Positions 1 to 9,403 of a stretch of DNA of 42,896 nt are shown one piece after another. Each line of letters starts with the position of its first letter. Positions within the stretch are counted from its first letter, which is position 1. The stretch comes from Chloroflexota bacterium (GTDB lineage: Bacteria; Chloroflexota; Anaerolineae; Promineifilales; Promineifilaceae). Location of the stretch: assembly GCA_046496595.1 (NCBI GenBank), contig JAWOGU010000488.1:1-42896 (forward strand). Direction: 5' to 3'. The notes beneath the pieces were generated by a model. That model did no database searches, was not told the origin of the DNA, and was given only the letters and a program-made list of their open reading frames with translations. The translations under genes were made by a program, and so were the position numbers.

Positions 1-827
1 GATTCCCGGTACGCTTTGGGCACTTGCAGCCGTCCCACCGAGTCCAGCACTACCAGTTCTTCAAAATGCTCTTCTTCGCTGGCGTGGTCCGGGTGGACTT
101 CGGCGGCGCTGCCGTCGCCATTGCCGTTCCGCTTGCGGCGCACCGTTTCGCTGGCGGCCTTGCCGTCCCGAATCGCCATCACCCGGCCCACGTGTTTCGC
201 CACCGTCGGATCGTGGCTGACGATGAGGATGGTGACGCCCAATTCGCGGTTGAGCGTTTGAAACGCTTCATAAATGGTGAGCGAGGTCACGCTGTCCAGT
301 TCGCCGGTTGGCTCATCGCCCAGCAAAATGGCCGGTTCGTTCGCCAGCGCCACCGCAATCGCCACCCGCTGCTGCTCCCCGCCGGACATCTCCGGCAGGT
401 AATGGTGCTTGCGTTCGGCAAGCCCCACCATGTCCAGCAGTTCTTCGGCTCGGACGCGGGTCTTTTTGCCGGTGCGTCCCGCCAGGGTCATGGGCATTTC
501 CACGTTTTCCAGGGCGGAGAGATAGGTGATCAGGTTGCGCGCTCCCTGCTGCCAGATGAAGCCCACTTTTTCGCGCCGGTATTTGTTGATGGCGGCGTCG
601 GATAGTTTAAGCAGATCGTGTCCATCCACAATCACCTTGCCGGCGGAAGGACGCACCAGTCCGCCCAGCACATTCATGAGCGTACTTTTGCCGCTGCCGC
701 TCACGCCGACAATGCCCATCAGTTCGCCCTGCTGCACGGTCAGGTCCAGCCCTTGCAGCGCCAGCACTTCCAGATCGGCAATTTTGTAGATTTTGACGAG
801 ATTTTCGCAGGTAATAATGTCGGGCAT
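1..827 (-). CDS. ABC transporter ATP-binding protein (MacB/LolD type); C-terminal end cut by the window edge
   Basis: Not in the ORF track because it is open at the edge. My own minus-strand translation from the ATG at 827 gives MPDIITCENLVKIY..., Walker A GVSGSGKST, signature MSGGEQQRVAIA, Walker B ILLGDEPTGELD and H-loop IVSHD. The start overlaps the upstream stop as ATGA (825-829). Confidence 0.9.
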   Translation of the reverse strand, partial: MPDIITCENLVKIYKIADLEVLALQGLDLTVQQGELMGIVGVSGSGKSTLMNVLGGLVRPSAGKVIVDGHDLLKLSDAAINKYRREKVGFIWQQGARNLITYLSALENVEMPMTLAGRTGKKTRVRAEELLDMVGLAERKHHYLPEMSGGEQQRVAIAVALANEPAILLGDEPTGELDSVTSLTIYEAFQTLNRELGVTILIVSHDPTVAKHVGRVMAIRDGKAASETVRRKRNGNGDGSAAEVHPDHASEEEHFEELVVLDSVGRLQVPKAYRE

Positions 828-3682
828 CAGACGGTTTCTCCCAATTTAATGGCCTGGAAGATTTTCATGCGGCGCAGCATGACGGCCAACACGGCCAAAG
901 CGGCCAGGAACAGCAGCACAAAGAGGCCGTAAATCTGGTAGATGGCAGGCCAGGCGATTTCGACGAGGTAGGGCGGCACCAGATCAGAAGCGGTTTCGCC
1001 CGTTTGCAGGTAGGGGATGAACAGGTTGCTGATCCACACGCCCAGGATGGTGCCCAACGTCAGGCCGGTGAGAATGAGAACGGCCGTTTCCGCCGCCACC
1101 AGCGTGATCATCTGCCGGGTAGAGAGGCCAACCGCCCGCAAAATGCCCAGGCTGATAAACCGCCGCCGGAAGGAGAACAAGGCGTACATAAAATACCCCA
1201 GCACCGTCAGCAGCGCCGCCGCCACAAAGCCCACCGACAACTGTCCAAAAAGCCCCTGCCGCGCCGGCCGCGCCTGTTCCACGTTAATCAGCGTGACGGC
1301 TTCTTGCCAGCGCCAGCCAAAGAGGTTGCGCTCTGACAGCGCCTGCTTAAAAGCCGCCTGGTCAAGTTCACCATCAGTCCGCAGCCAGACATTATAGGGA
1401 TATTCGCCGCCCGTCAGCGTAAACAACGTGTCCAGATTGCCCACAAACAAAGGGCCGTCTTCCACCTCATACCAGGTGGGGAAATAATCCAGTTCGCCCA
1501 CAATTTGCGTATCCAGCACCACTTCGCCATCGGTCGTGCCGATGGTCAGGCGGAACAAATCACCCACACGCAGCCCTTTTTCTTGCATGAACTGGCGGGA
1601 GGCTAAAATCGCTTCCGGCGAGGAAGCCAGATTGTTGAGCAGGCTGATCAGGCGCAGATCGGCAAAATCCCAGCGCCAGAAAGCCGTTTCGGCAAAATCA
1701 ATGCGGTCGATGCCCATATAGACGCCGGACTGCCGGCTGCCGCCAATTTGAGCTTTGGCCGGATACTCAGCCACACGCGCCGCTGAAACGACCCCTGGAA
1801 ATTCTTTGTATTCGGACAGCGGCAGGAAGATGGCGCGGTTCGGCCCATCTTCTTGTTCTCCACCGGCGCTGCCAAAGCTGCTGGCGCCAAAGCTGCGGCC
1901 GGCGCCCCACAGGGAAGCGTCTGAGCCTGTCTGGTACAGGGCGTCATCGTATAACTGGAGGTCCAGGGTAAAGGCCAGCGAAGCCGTGAAAGCCGCCAGA
2001 CTGACGGTCAGTACCAGTAAAATAAGCGGCATGGCGTAGGTGCGCGGGGTGCGCGCCAGTTCTCTGCCCGCCAGCAATAGGCCGACGCTGTTGGTTTTGT
2101 ATAACAGCCAACAGAAGGCTTCCATCAGCCAGGGGAACAGGCGCACAAAAATCAAGGTCAAAGACACAATCGCCAGCGTAGGCAAGACAAACAAAAGCGG
2201 ATTTGAGAAGGGGTCGTCGCTTTGGCTTTCGCCCAGGGCAATCAACTGGCCTTGTTCTTGCAGCAGGTAGAAGCCGTAAATCGCCAGCGCCAACAGAATG
2301 ACATCTACCCAGGCGCGCTGCCACCAGGGTTTTTTGAAGGCGCGGGCCTGTTCCTGTTTGTAGGTGATGATGGTGTCTTTGGCGGCCGACAGGGTGGGGA
2401 TAATTTGGGCAATGAGGGCCAGACCAATCGCCAGCAGTCCGGCGCGCAGGGCGGTCTGGTTCATGGTGATTGAAAGTAGTTCGCCGCTGCTGAAATCCAG
2501 GAAGCTGCGTGTTTTGCCCATGAAGGCGGCGATGCTGATAGCAACGGCCGTTCCCAACATAAACGCCAGCATTCCCAAAAACAGCCCTTCCACCAGAGCA
2601 AAACCCAATACCTGCCAGGGCGTTGCCCCCCGGCTGCGCATCACTGCAATCTCATTGCGCCGCTGATCTACCGCCAGCCCCACAATCAAAATGACAAACG
2701 CCAGCACCAGGCCGACAACCGGCACGTTAAAGGCCGTCAGCAGCACTTGCAGCGCCTGCGCCGATTCCCGGTAATCTTGCAGCGCTTTAACCGGCGAGGC
2801 GCTGCCGGAGGTATTGGGCAGCAGGGTGGTGATGCGCCGCTCTACCTGGCTGGCGCCTGCCAGCAGGCGGTCTACCTGTTCTGTGGTCACGCTGCTGCCG
2901 TTGAGCACAAAATACCAGGAGGCGCGGTTGATTTCGCCGCTGATTTGCGGGCTGAGCCAATCGCGGAATGTTTCCACGGGAACAAACAGGGTGTCGTCGA
3001 AGGCGGTGGGAGCAAACAGCCAGTATGGATCTGCTTCGTCGTTGGGCCGCCAGACGCCGCTGATGATGATGGGGATTTCAGGGAGCGGGCTTTCGTCATT
3101 GATAAAGTCATACGCCACCAGGACGTCGCCGACCTGCAAGCCGAGTTCGGTGGCGGCGGCTTCGGCCACCATCACCTCGATGGGAGTTGAGCCGTTGGCC
3201 GTTGGCAGCCGCCCATTCGTCACCACCACATGGTCCGCCAGATTGCTGGCTGTGCCGATGACAAAGATGCCCAGCGATTTAGAATCGTCGGCGTAACTAC
3301 TGGTATCGGCCGGAAACAGTTTGTACCGATCCGTTTCATAAACATCAACAAATTCTTCAACCGGCAGCCCCAATAATTGCCGGCCGCTGCCATTCAGATA
3401 ATCATGGACAGGACGGGTATCCTCCCAGTCCACCGCCCCATACCACGCGCCCACATAATCGTAAAGATAGGCAAATGGCGGGCGGCGGCGCTTGTCGGCG
3501 CTTTCCTGGATATTTTCCTGGAGGATGTTGAGATAAACGGCATCCGCATACAACGGTACAGCCATAATGAGCGCCACGGCTGCCGTAATGCCAATGACAA
3601 TCGCCAGCGTCAGTCCTTTTTGCGCCCACAAACGCTTAAAAGTAATCGTGAAGATAGAGCGGATACGATATAAAAATGACAT
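827..3682 (-). CDS. ABC transporter permease with two FtsX domains (MacB-like, 951 aa)
   Basis: Long ORF with hydrophobic 4-helix bundles at both the middle and the C-terminus, separated by large soluble domains. Translationally coupled to the ATPase (ATGA overlap) and starts 2 nt after the adaptor gene. Confidence 0.85.
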   Translation of the reverse strand: MSFLYRIRSIFTITFKRLWAQKGLTLAIVIGITAAVALIMAVPLYADAVYLNILQENIQESADKRRRPPFAYLYDYVGAWYGAVDWEDTRPVHDYLNGSGRQLLGLPVEEFVDVYETDRYKLFPADTSSYADDSKSLGIFVIGTASNLADHVVVTNGRLPTANGSTPIEVMVAEAAATELGLQVGDVLVAYDFINDESPLPEIPIIISGVWRPNDEADPYWLFAPTAFDDTLFVPVETFRDWLSPQISGEINRASWYFVLNGSSVTTEQVDRLLAGASQVERRITTLLPNTSGSASPVKALQDYRESAQALQVLLTAFNVPVVGLVLAFVILIVGLAVDQRRNEIAVMRSRGATPWQVLGFALVEGLFLGMLAFMLGTAVAISIAAFMGKTRSFLDFSSGELLSITMNQTALRAGLLAIGLALIAQIIPTLSAAKDTIITYKQEQARAFKKPWWQRAWVDVILLALAIYGFYLLQEQGQLIALGESQSDDPFSNPLLFVLPTLAIVSLTLIFVRLFPWLMEAFCWLLYKTNSVGLLLAGRELARTPRTYAMPLILLVLTVSLAAFTASLAFTLDLQLYDDALYQTGSDASLWGAGRSFGASSFGSAGGEQEDGPNRAIFLPLSEYKEFPGVVSAARVAEYPAKAQIGGSRQSGVYMGIDRIDFAETAFWRWDFADLRLISLLNNLASSPEAILASRQFMQEKGLRVGDLFRLTIGTTDGEVVLDTQIVGELDYFPTWYEVEDGPLFVGNLDTLFTLTGGEYPYNVWLRTDGELDQAAFKQALSERNLFGWRWQEAVTLINVEQARPARQGLFGQLSVGFVAAALLTVLGYFMYALFSFRRRFISLGILRAVGLSTRQMITLVAAETAVLILTGLTLGTILGVWISNLFIPYLQTGETASDLVPPYLVEIAWPAIYQIYGLFVLLFLAALAVLAVMLRRMKIFQAIKLGETV

Positions 3683-3684
3683 GG

Positions 3685-4893
3685 TTACTGCCCAACGATG
3701 ATCTGGCCTGCTTCAAGACCGCTTACGATCTCCACCAGTCCATTGCCGCTGATGCCCAGTTCCACATCCACCCGCTCTTGCACATCCCCTTCTTCCACCA
3801 CCACAAACTTACGGCCGTTAAAATCACGAATGGCAGAGGATGGCAGCGTCAACACGTCGTTTCTAATCTGGATGACGACCTTGATGTCCATTAAGTCTCC
3901 GGGTTCAAACCCGGCAGAGTCCTCGGGATTGTCGAAGCTGAAGTGGGTGCGGGTGTCGCTGTCGCCCACTTCCGTGCCGCCGCCGCCTGCGCCAAAGGGA
4001 TATGGCAGCTTACGAATGACGCCGGGCACCGCCTCGCCCGGGCGGCTGCCTGGCGCCAGGAGTACCGGCATCCCTTCAGCCAGTTCTTCCATCTGGTTCT
4101 CACGCAAACTGGCGTTGACTTCCAACTGTTCCATATCTGCGATGGAACCCACTGGTTGGAAAGCGGAAATGGCGTAACCTTCAGATAAATTGAGCGATAA
4201 AAGCTGACCGGAGAAGGGCGCTTTGAGCACGGCGTCTTCCACTAATTTCTCAATTTCGGCTACGCGCAGGGCCGCCTGTTCCACTTCTGCTTGCAGGGCC
4301 GGATCGATGTCGGTTGACAGGGCGTCCAGGTCTAACTGTGTCAGTTCAAGCTGGAGCGCCAGACGGTCAATGTTGAACTGCTGATCGGTGGATGGTGTGT
4401 CACCGGCCTGTGTTTTGGCCTGATCCAGGTTTAGCTGGGCGATGGCGACGGCGATTTCTGCCCGGCGGCGGGCTTGTTGGCGTTGGCTTTCCGTGTTTTC
4501 CAGGCGGGATTGGGCAATGGTCAGGGCTTGCTGCGCCAGGAGGAGGTCTTCGGCCAGCGCCTGGGTGTTCAATTCGGCCAGGATGTCGCCTGCTGCCACC
4601 AGATCGCCTTTATCGACGTGAACGGCCGAGACCACGCCGTCCATGGCAAAGGCCAGCGGCTCTTCGATGACCGGCGCGACTCGTCCGGAGAAACTGGCGT
4701 CGTAGACCACGTCACCGGGGGTAACGGCATAGGTGGTGCGGGCAGCGGCAACGGCCGTTGGCATAGGGGTCGGGTCGGAGTTGCGCGCTGCCGGTTCTTG
4801 CCGGGTTGGTTGGGAAGCGCAGGCCGCCAGGAGCAGTCCAGCCAGGATGAAAACAATGCAAACAGTGACGTATCGAAATGGTTTCATATGCAA
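3685..4893 (-). CDS. HlyD-family periplasmic adaptor / efflux lipoprotein
   Basis: Lipoprotein signal (LAGLLLAACAS), lipoyl-like motif GDLVAAGDILAEL, a long Ala/Gln/Leu-rich coiled-coil stretch and a C-terminal beta-barrel-like region. First gene of the adaptor-permease-ATPase operon. Confidence 0.8.
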   Translation of the reverse strand: MHMKPFRYVTVCIVFILAGLLLAACASQPTRQEPAARNSDPTPMPTAVAAARTTYAVTPGDVVYDASFSGRVAPVIEEPLAFAMDGVVSAVHVDKGDLVAAGDILAELNTQALAEDLLLAQQALTIAQSRLENTESQRQQARRRAEIAVAIAQLNLDQAKTQAGDTPSTDQQFNIDRLALQLELTQLDLDALSTDIDPALQAEVEQAALRVAEIEKLVEDAVLKAPFSGQLLSLNLSEGYAISAFQPVGSIADMEQLEVNASLRENQMEELAEGMPVLLAPGSRPGEAVPGVIRKLPYPFGAGGGGTEVGDSDTRTHFSFDNPEDSAGFEPGDLMDIKVVIQIRNDVLTLPSSAIRDFNGRKFVVVEEGDVQERVDVELGISGNGLVEIVSGLEAGQIIVGQ

Positions 4894-5083
4894 TCTTTTG
4901 GGGTCTTCAGGATTACCAGGGGTGGCCTACCAGAGCATGTCAGACAATACACAATTCGACCAAACACAACAAAATCCAATCAGCCCTTTTTTTAGGATGA
5001 CCTGCTAAATGCAGGCAGAGAATGATACACCAATATGGGTTATGCGAGCCATGTATGATTCTGTGCAAAAAGTGAAAGCATAC

Positions 5084-5097
5084 CGCAAGCGCTTGCG
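5084..5097. promoter_or_regulatory. Perfect 14-bp palindrome CGCAAGCGCTTGCG directly downstream of the predicted -10; candidate operator or 5' mRNA hairpin
   Basis: Read directly from the sequence. It abuts the predicted promoter of the efflux operon. Confidence 0.3.
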
Positions 5098-5098
5098 T

Positions 5099-5127
5099 AA
5101 GCTATCATACCCTGTAGGTTTTGTCAA
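5099..5127 (-). promoter_or_regulatory. Sigma-70-like promoter for the MacB-type efflux operon
   Basis: Minus strand reads TTGACA, a 17-nt spacer, then TGaTAGCTT (perfect -35, TGn-extended weak -10). It lies about 200 nt upstream of the adaptor start. Confidence 0.35.
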
Positions 5128-5128
5128 A

Positions 5129-5246
5129 GGTGTGGAGGTGTAGGGGTGATGGGGTGTGGAGCAAGGCCATGGTCATGGTAAAAGGGTTTTTCACCCCATC
5201 ACCCGCTCACCCCATCACCTCCACATCTTCTCACCCCGATCACCTC
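5129..5246. repeat. Inverted pair of octamer arrays: (GGTGNNGG)x4, a 29-nt spacer, then (TCACCNNN)x7
   Basis: The left arm GGTGTGGAGGTGTAGGGGTGATGGGGTGTGGA (5129-5160) is largely complementary to CACCCCATCACCCGCTCACCCCATCACCTCCAC (5192-5224). It sits immediately 3' of the WYL gene stop, so it is terminator-like. Confidence 0.7.
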
Positions 5247-6214
5247 TACAGATTGTACGCTTCGACGACGGCGTAGGCGGTTTCCAGCAGGTGTTGGCGT
5301 AGTTCGGGGGGATGGAGGATGGTAACGGCCGTTCCCAAACCCAACAGCTTGCGGCAGGCGTCTTCCGGGGATGAAAAGGGAATGGTCAGGCGTAAACGGC
5401 CGTTGCTAAGCAGGTCGCTTTGCTCGGTGATGAGGTGGTACATGCCTTCGCCGAACGTTTCCACCAGCAGGGTGGTGTGGGTAGGCAGCACCGTCAGCGT
5501 CACGTCATAGCGGCTGTGCCCTTCTTCCAGGTGTTGGCACCATTCCTGCCAGAAAGCGCGCAGGTCAAACTCTTTGGGCCGCTGAAAAACGCTGTCTGTC
5601 AGAAAGGCGTCCTGAATGCGCGACACCCGGAAGGTGTAGACGGTGTTAAACATGCCCGCCGCCATGTACCAGACGTTGGCTTTGGCGACCAGACCATAGG
5701 GATCCACCAGACGCTTGACCCAGGCGCCGTCGGCGCGGCGGTAGGTCATGCGCAGGCGGCGTTCCTGCCAGACGGCGTCCTGCACCAGATGCAAATAGGG
5801 GGTTGGCTCTTCTTGTTGGAAGAAAACGGCCGTGTCTAAATGAATGCGCTGGCGTACTTTTTCGGCGTCTTTTTGGAAGGGGGCAGGCAGGGAGGCCGTG
5901 AGTTTGAGCATAGCGCCTTCCGACGCCTTGTCCGCGCCTAAATCCGCCAGCAGGCCGGGCACGGTAAACATGAACAGCGCCCGCACTTCGTTTTCGTTGA
6001 GGCCGGTGAGATTGGTGCGATAGCTGTCCATCAGAAAACAGCCGCCCTGCGGACCGCGTTCCGCATAGACAGGTACGCCCGACATGCTCAGAGCGTCCAG
6101 ATCCCGGTAGATGGTGCGCGGGGATACTTCCAGCCGATCCGCCAGTTCTTGGGCAGTCATCTGGCCGTGTGTTTGCAGCAGCATCAAAAGCGAGATAAGG
6201 CGATCTGCTCTCAT
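5246..6214 (-). CDS. YafY-family transcriptional regulator (HTH + WYL domain)
   Basis: N-terminal HTH MTAQELADRLEVSPRTIYRDLDALSMSGVPV. Central WYL-type segment RLRMTYRRADGAWVKRLVDPYGLVAKANVWYMAA. C-terminal WCX-like region. Confidence 0.85.
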   Translation of the reverse strand: MRADRLISLLMLLQTHGQMTAQELADRLEVSPRTIYRDLDALSMSGVPVYAERGPQGGCFLMDSYRTNLTGLNENEVRALFMFTVPGLLADLGADKASEGAMLKLTASLPAPFQKDAEKVRQRIHLDTAVFFQQEEPTPYLHLVQDAVWQERRLRMTYRRADGAWVKRLVDPYGLVAKANVWYMAAGMFNTVYTFRVSRIQDAFLTDSVFQRPKEFDLRAFWQEWCQHLEEGHSRYDVTLTVLPTHTTLLVETFGEGMYHLITEQSDLLSNGRLRLTIPFSSPEDACRKLLGLGTAVTILHPPELRQHLLETAYAVVEAYNL

Positions 6215-6222
6215 GGGGAGTC

Positions 6223-7578
6223 TTACCCTTCCAGAGCGCCTAAAATGACGGGTAGAAGCTGCTTTTTGCGGGAAACAACATCTGTCGCTTTTAGCGTGTT
6301 GTTGTCCAGGCGCGGATAGGGCAGCACGTCCAGGGCCGACATTTCATTGGACATGATGAGGCGGCTGGTGCGGCGCACGACATCTGTGACCATGAGCATG
6401 GTGAAATTCAGACCGCGTGAATCACGTAAACGGCACAGCGCATCCCGCAGATCCTGGATATGATCTTCCAGTTGGGCGAAGTTGGTCACTTCTACCTGGG
6501 CGATGCCAAACTTGTATTCGTCGGTTTCGTAGAGTTTGAAGTCTGCGGAAACAATGTCTTCCGGCTTACGGGAGGTGAGACCAGAACCGGCTTCCAGCAT
6601 TTGCTCTCCAAAGGTTTGAATGGTTTCATTTTCTAAGGGCGAACCGCCGATGAATGCCCAACGGGACAAACGGTCGGCAGCCAGATGGTCGCGGGGAGTG
6701 GTGGTGGGCGAAGCCAGGATGAGGGTGTCGGAGAGCAGCCCGGCAAGCAGCAGACCGGCCAGTTCCGGCGGGGCGCTGAGGCCGGCTTCGTTGATGCGCT
6801 CACAGACGAGGGTGCTGGTGCTGCCTACCACGTCTACCGTGAAACGGATGGGGGTGCGCGTGGTGGGGTTGCCCAGCCGGTGGTGGTCCAAAATTTCCAG
6901 CAGGTCGGCTTCATCGAGAGCGCCGATGGATTGGCCGGATTCGTTGTGGTCTACCAGGATGACTTGCAGGCGGGGCGGGTTGAGGGCTTCGCGCTGGCGG
7001 CAAATGCCGGCGTAGCTGCCGTGTTCGTCCACGATCCAGAAGTCGCTGCGTTCTTCGCGCAGGATGCGGGGCAGGGCGTCTTTAATGCGAGTGTTGATGT
7101 GAAAGCGGGGCACTTCGGTGTCGCAGGCTTCCTTGGAGGGGCGATCCAGCAGTTCGGCGATGCGGGTTTCTTCACGCCGGGGATGGGAACCGACGGAGCG
7201 GCTGAGGAAATCGAAGAGACTGAGGACGGTGACGAGGCCGTAGGGTTTGCCGTCTTTGGTGACGATGGGGGCGACGCCGCCGGTGCGGTTGGCAATGGCC
7301 CACGCTTCGCGTAACGGCCGTTCCGGCGTCGTGGTGTTGAGCCGGTGGTTGATGGATTCAAAGCGAGGGGAAGCGTCTGGCAGCAGCATGGGCGGTTCCA
7401 GCCCCAACCTGTTTAGCACCCAGGTTGTCTGCGGGTTGAGCTGTCCGGCGCGGGCGGCGACGACGTTGGCGCCCTGCTGGTCGCGCAGCAGCCAGGCGTA
7501 GCCGGTGGCCGAGGCGATGGCGTCTGTATCTGGGTTGACATGCCCTATGACGTAGATGAGTCCGGTTTTCTCTGACAT
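6223..7578 (-). CDS. CBS-domain-containing DHH/DHHA2 phosphoesterase (family II inorganic pyrophosphatase-like)
   Basis: DHH motifs GHVNPDTDAIAS, VDHNE, LDHHRLG and LLSDT. A CBS-pair-like insert of about 120 aa lies between motifs II and III. C-terminal DHHA2-like region (ADFK...GIAQVE). Confidence 0.8.
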   Translation of the reverse strand: MSEKTGLIYVIGHVNPDTDAIASATGYAWLLRDQQGANVVAARAGQLNPQTTWVLNRLGLEPPMLLPDASPRFESINHRLNTTTPERPLREAWAIANRTGGVAPIVTKDGKPYGLVTVLSLFDFLSRSVGSHPRREETRIAELLDRPSKEACDTEVPRFHINTRIKDALPRILREERSDFWIVDEHGSYAGICRQREALNPPRLQVILVDHNESGQSIGALDEADLLEILDHHRLGNPTTRTPIRFTVDVVGSTSTLVCERINEAGLSAPPELAGLLLAGLLSDTLILASPTTTPRDHLAADRLSRWAFIGGSPLENETIQTFGEQMLEAGSGLTSRKPEDIVSADFKLYETDEYKFGIAQVEVTNFAQLEDHIQDLRDALCRLRDSRGLNFTMLMVTDVVRRTSRLIMSNEMSALDVLPYPRLDNNTLKATDVVSRKKQLLPVILGALEG

Positions 7579-7763
7579 GAAATGCGTCCTTCAATGAGTT
7601 AATGGTATGATATTTTTATCGTGTTAACGGCCGTTTGTCCACTGTTTTGCCTGGGTGTGGGCGTTCGTTGTTCCCTGGTGACTTTGATACAATCAGCGGC
7701 GCATTACTAATTTGGATTTACGGCGGCATTGGCTATTTCCGCCGGCAAACAAGGAGGAAGACC

Positions 7764-8306
7764 GTGAGTGTAAACGTCCCAGATAAACTGTACAAAACGA
7801 CGCCCTGGTGGATTACCTTGATCGAAGGTATTCTCGCCCTGATTGTGGGGCTGCTTTTGTTGACCAATCCGGCCGGCGCCATTGAATCGTTGATGCAAAT
7901 AGTAGGCCTTTTCTGGCTGGTTGGCGGCATTTTGGCGATAGTCAGTATTTTTGTGGCAGACACCGGCATCCATTGGGGCTGGTCGCTGCTTTCCGGCGTT
8001 GTGGGTATTCTGGCTGGTGTGGTGGTGCTGCGCCATCCCCTGTGGAGCACCGTTCTGGTAACGGGGTCTTTGCTGCTCTTTTTGGGCGTGTATGGCCTGG
8101 TCAAAGGCGGCATCGACCTGTACAAAGCGTTTAAGGGGGGCGGCCTGAACAGCGCCTTGATGGGCATTGTCAGCATCATATTTGGTATTTTCTTGCTGTC
8201 CAGACCGATGTTTGCCATCAACGTTTTTACTCTATTGTTTGGCGTGGTTGGCTTTTTTGGCGGCATTGTGCTGATTCTTTTTGCGATTCGCGCCCGAAAC
8301 GGTTAG
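7764..8306 (+). CDS. HdeD/DUF308-family membrane protein
   Basis: Repeated hydrophobic helices with the WW.TLIEGILALIVGLLLL signature typical of DUF308. I prefer the in-frame GTG at 7764 preceded by AAGGAGGA over the TTG at 7635 used by the ORF track. Confidence 0.7.
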   Translation: MSVNVPDKLYKTTPWWITLIEGILALIVGLLLLTNPAGAIESLMQIVGLFWLVGGILAIVSIFVADTGIHWGWSLLSGVVGILAGVVVLRHPLWSTVLVTGSLLLFLGVYGLVKGGIDLYKAFKGGGLNSALMGIVSIIFGIFLLSRPMFAINVFTLLFGVVGFFGGIVLILFAIRARNG

Positions 8307-8324
8307 TTTTTTCCGCCGCACTGC

Positions 8325-8354
8325 AAGCCCTGTCCTGGTTACAGGGCTTTTTTG
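8325..8354 (+). terminator. Intrinsic terminator after the DUF308 gene
   Basis: Stem AAGCCCTGT / ACAGGGCTT with a 7-nt loop, followed by TTTTTT. Confidence 0.7.
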
Positions 8355-8454
8355 TGGGAGATGGCTGAGAAACGGCCGTTTTCCAATTGCCTTGCCGCTG
8401 CCAGGGGTTGTATAGTTGGCTGGTACCTGATTTTAAGAAACAAGGAATTCATCC

Positions 8455-9393
8455 ATGCCAGATAAAAATTTAGTCATCACATTGGCCAAGGTGCTCATTG
8501 CGGCCGCCTGGGTTGATGGTGAGATAAGCGAAGACGAGCGCACCAGCGCCAAAGATTTGCTGTTTTACCTGCCGCAGACCACCGGGATGCGGGATATGAA
8601 ATTGACGGCGCAGGAATTTTCGCTGTTGGAAATGTACGTCGATACGCCGGTGAGTGAAGCGGAGCGGGCGCGGCTGGTGGCCGATTTACAGACAGCGGTG
8701 CGCACGCCTGACGACAAGGCGTTTGTGAAATCCATGTTGACGCAGTTGCTGGCGGCTGATGGGGTGGTCACTGACATGGAAACGGCCGTTATGGCGCAAA
8801 TAGACGCGGCGCTGGACGAGGTCAACACAGGCGCGTTCAGCAAATTGGGCGGTCTGTTTGGCAAGGCGGTTTCGCGCCGTTCAGAAGCGGCCGACGCCCC
8901 CAACCGCGAACTGTATTACGAAGATTTCATCAAAAACCGCGTCTTTTATGTTGTGAACCAGCGGCTGAACGGCCAGGGATTCAATCTGACTGAGGCGGAA
9001 TTACGCAAATTCAGTCTGGCGGGCGGGCTGCTGGCTAAAGTGGCGCATACGGACGATGAAGTCACCGATGGCGAGTTTGAGGCGATAGCGGCGGCGCTGG
9101 TGGATAAGTGGGGCGTGGGGCGGGAAACGGCCGTTTTCATTACCGAAATCGCCGTGGCCGAAATCACTGCCGCCCAAGACACCTTCCGCATGTACCGTGA
9201 GTTTACCAACTGTACCACCGAAGAAGAACGGGTGCGTTTTGTCGAAGCTTTGTTCGCCGTGGCCGCCGCCGATGGCGCAGTCTCCTTTGACGAAACAGAA
9301 GAAATCCGCACCATTTCCCGCGGCCTGAACCTCTATCATCACCAGTTCATTGAGGCTAAAATGAAGGTCATTGCCGGACAAAGTGAACAGTGA
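8455..9393 (+). CDS. TerB-like (tellurite-resistance TerB family) protein with two TerB-type repeats
   Basis: Two copies of the pattern A...AAAWVDGEISEDE / FAVAAADGAVSFDETEEI, characteristic of TerB/DjlA-N-like four-helix domains. RBS AAGGA lies upstream. Confidence 0.6.
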   Translation: MPDKNLVITLAKVLIAAAWVDGEISEDERTSAKDLLFYLPQTTGMRDMKLTAQEFSLLEMYVDTPVSEAERARLVADLQTAVRTPDDKAFVKSMLTQLLAADGVVTDMETAVMAQIDAALDEVNTGAFSKLGGLFGKAVSRRSEAADAPNRELYYEDFIKNRVFYVVNQRLNGQGFNLTEAELRKFSLAGGLLAKVAHTDDEVTDGEFEAIAAALVDKWGVGRETAVFITEIAVAEITAAQDTFRMYREFTNCTTEEERVRFVEALFAVAAADGAVSFDETEEIRTISRGLNLYHHQFIEAKMKVIAGQSEQ

Positions 9394-9403
9394 ACGACAG
9401 ACA

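Noticed and set aside
24-605. Plus-strand ORFs at the left edge (16-261, 24-605, 308-529, 526-789, 618-932).
   Set aside because: The minus strand here encodes a complete set of ABC ATPase motifs (Walker A, signature, Walker B, H-loop). The plus-strand ORFs are its shadows.
7635-7763. TTG-initiated 43-codon extension of the DUF308 gene. Likewise the 16-codon extension of the DASS transporter ORF (26799-26846).
   Set aside because: In-frame downstream starts (GTG 7764 and ATG 26847) have good Shine-Dalgarno sequences, and the proteins begin at the first hydrophobic helix as expected.
5246-9393. Possible defence or stress island (WYL regulator, DHH enzyme, DUF308, TerB).
   Set aside because: There is no nuclease, ATPase, methyltransferase, toxin or other effector gene. 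Composition and palindrome density are the same as in the flanking housekeeping DNA. Only the WYL/DHH pairing is kept, as a low-interest finding.
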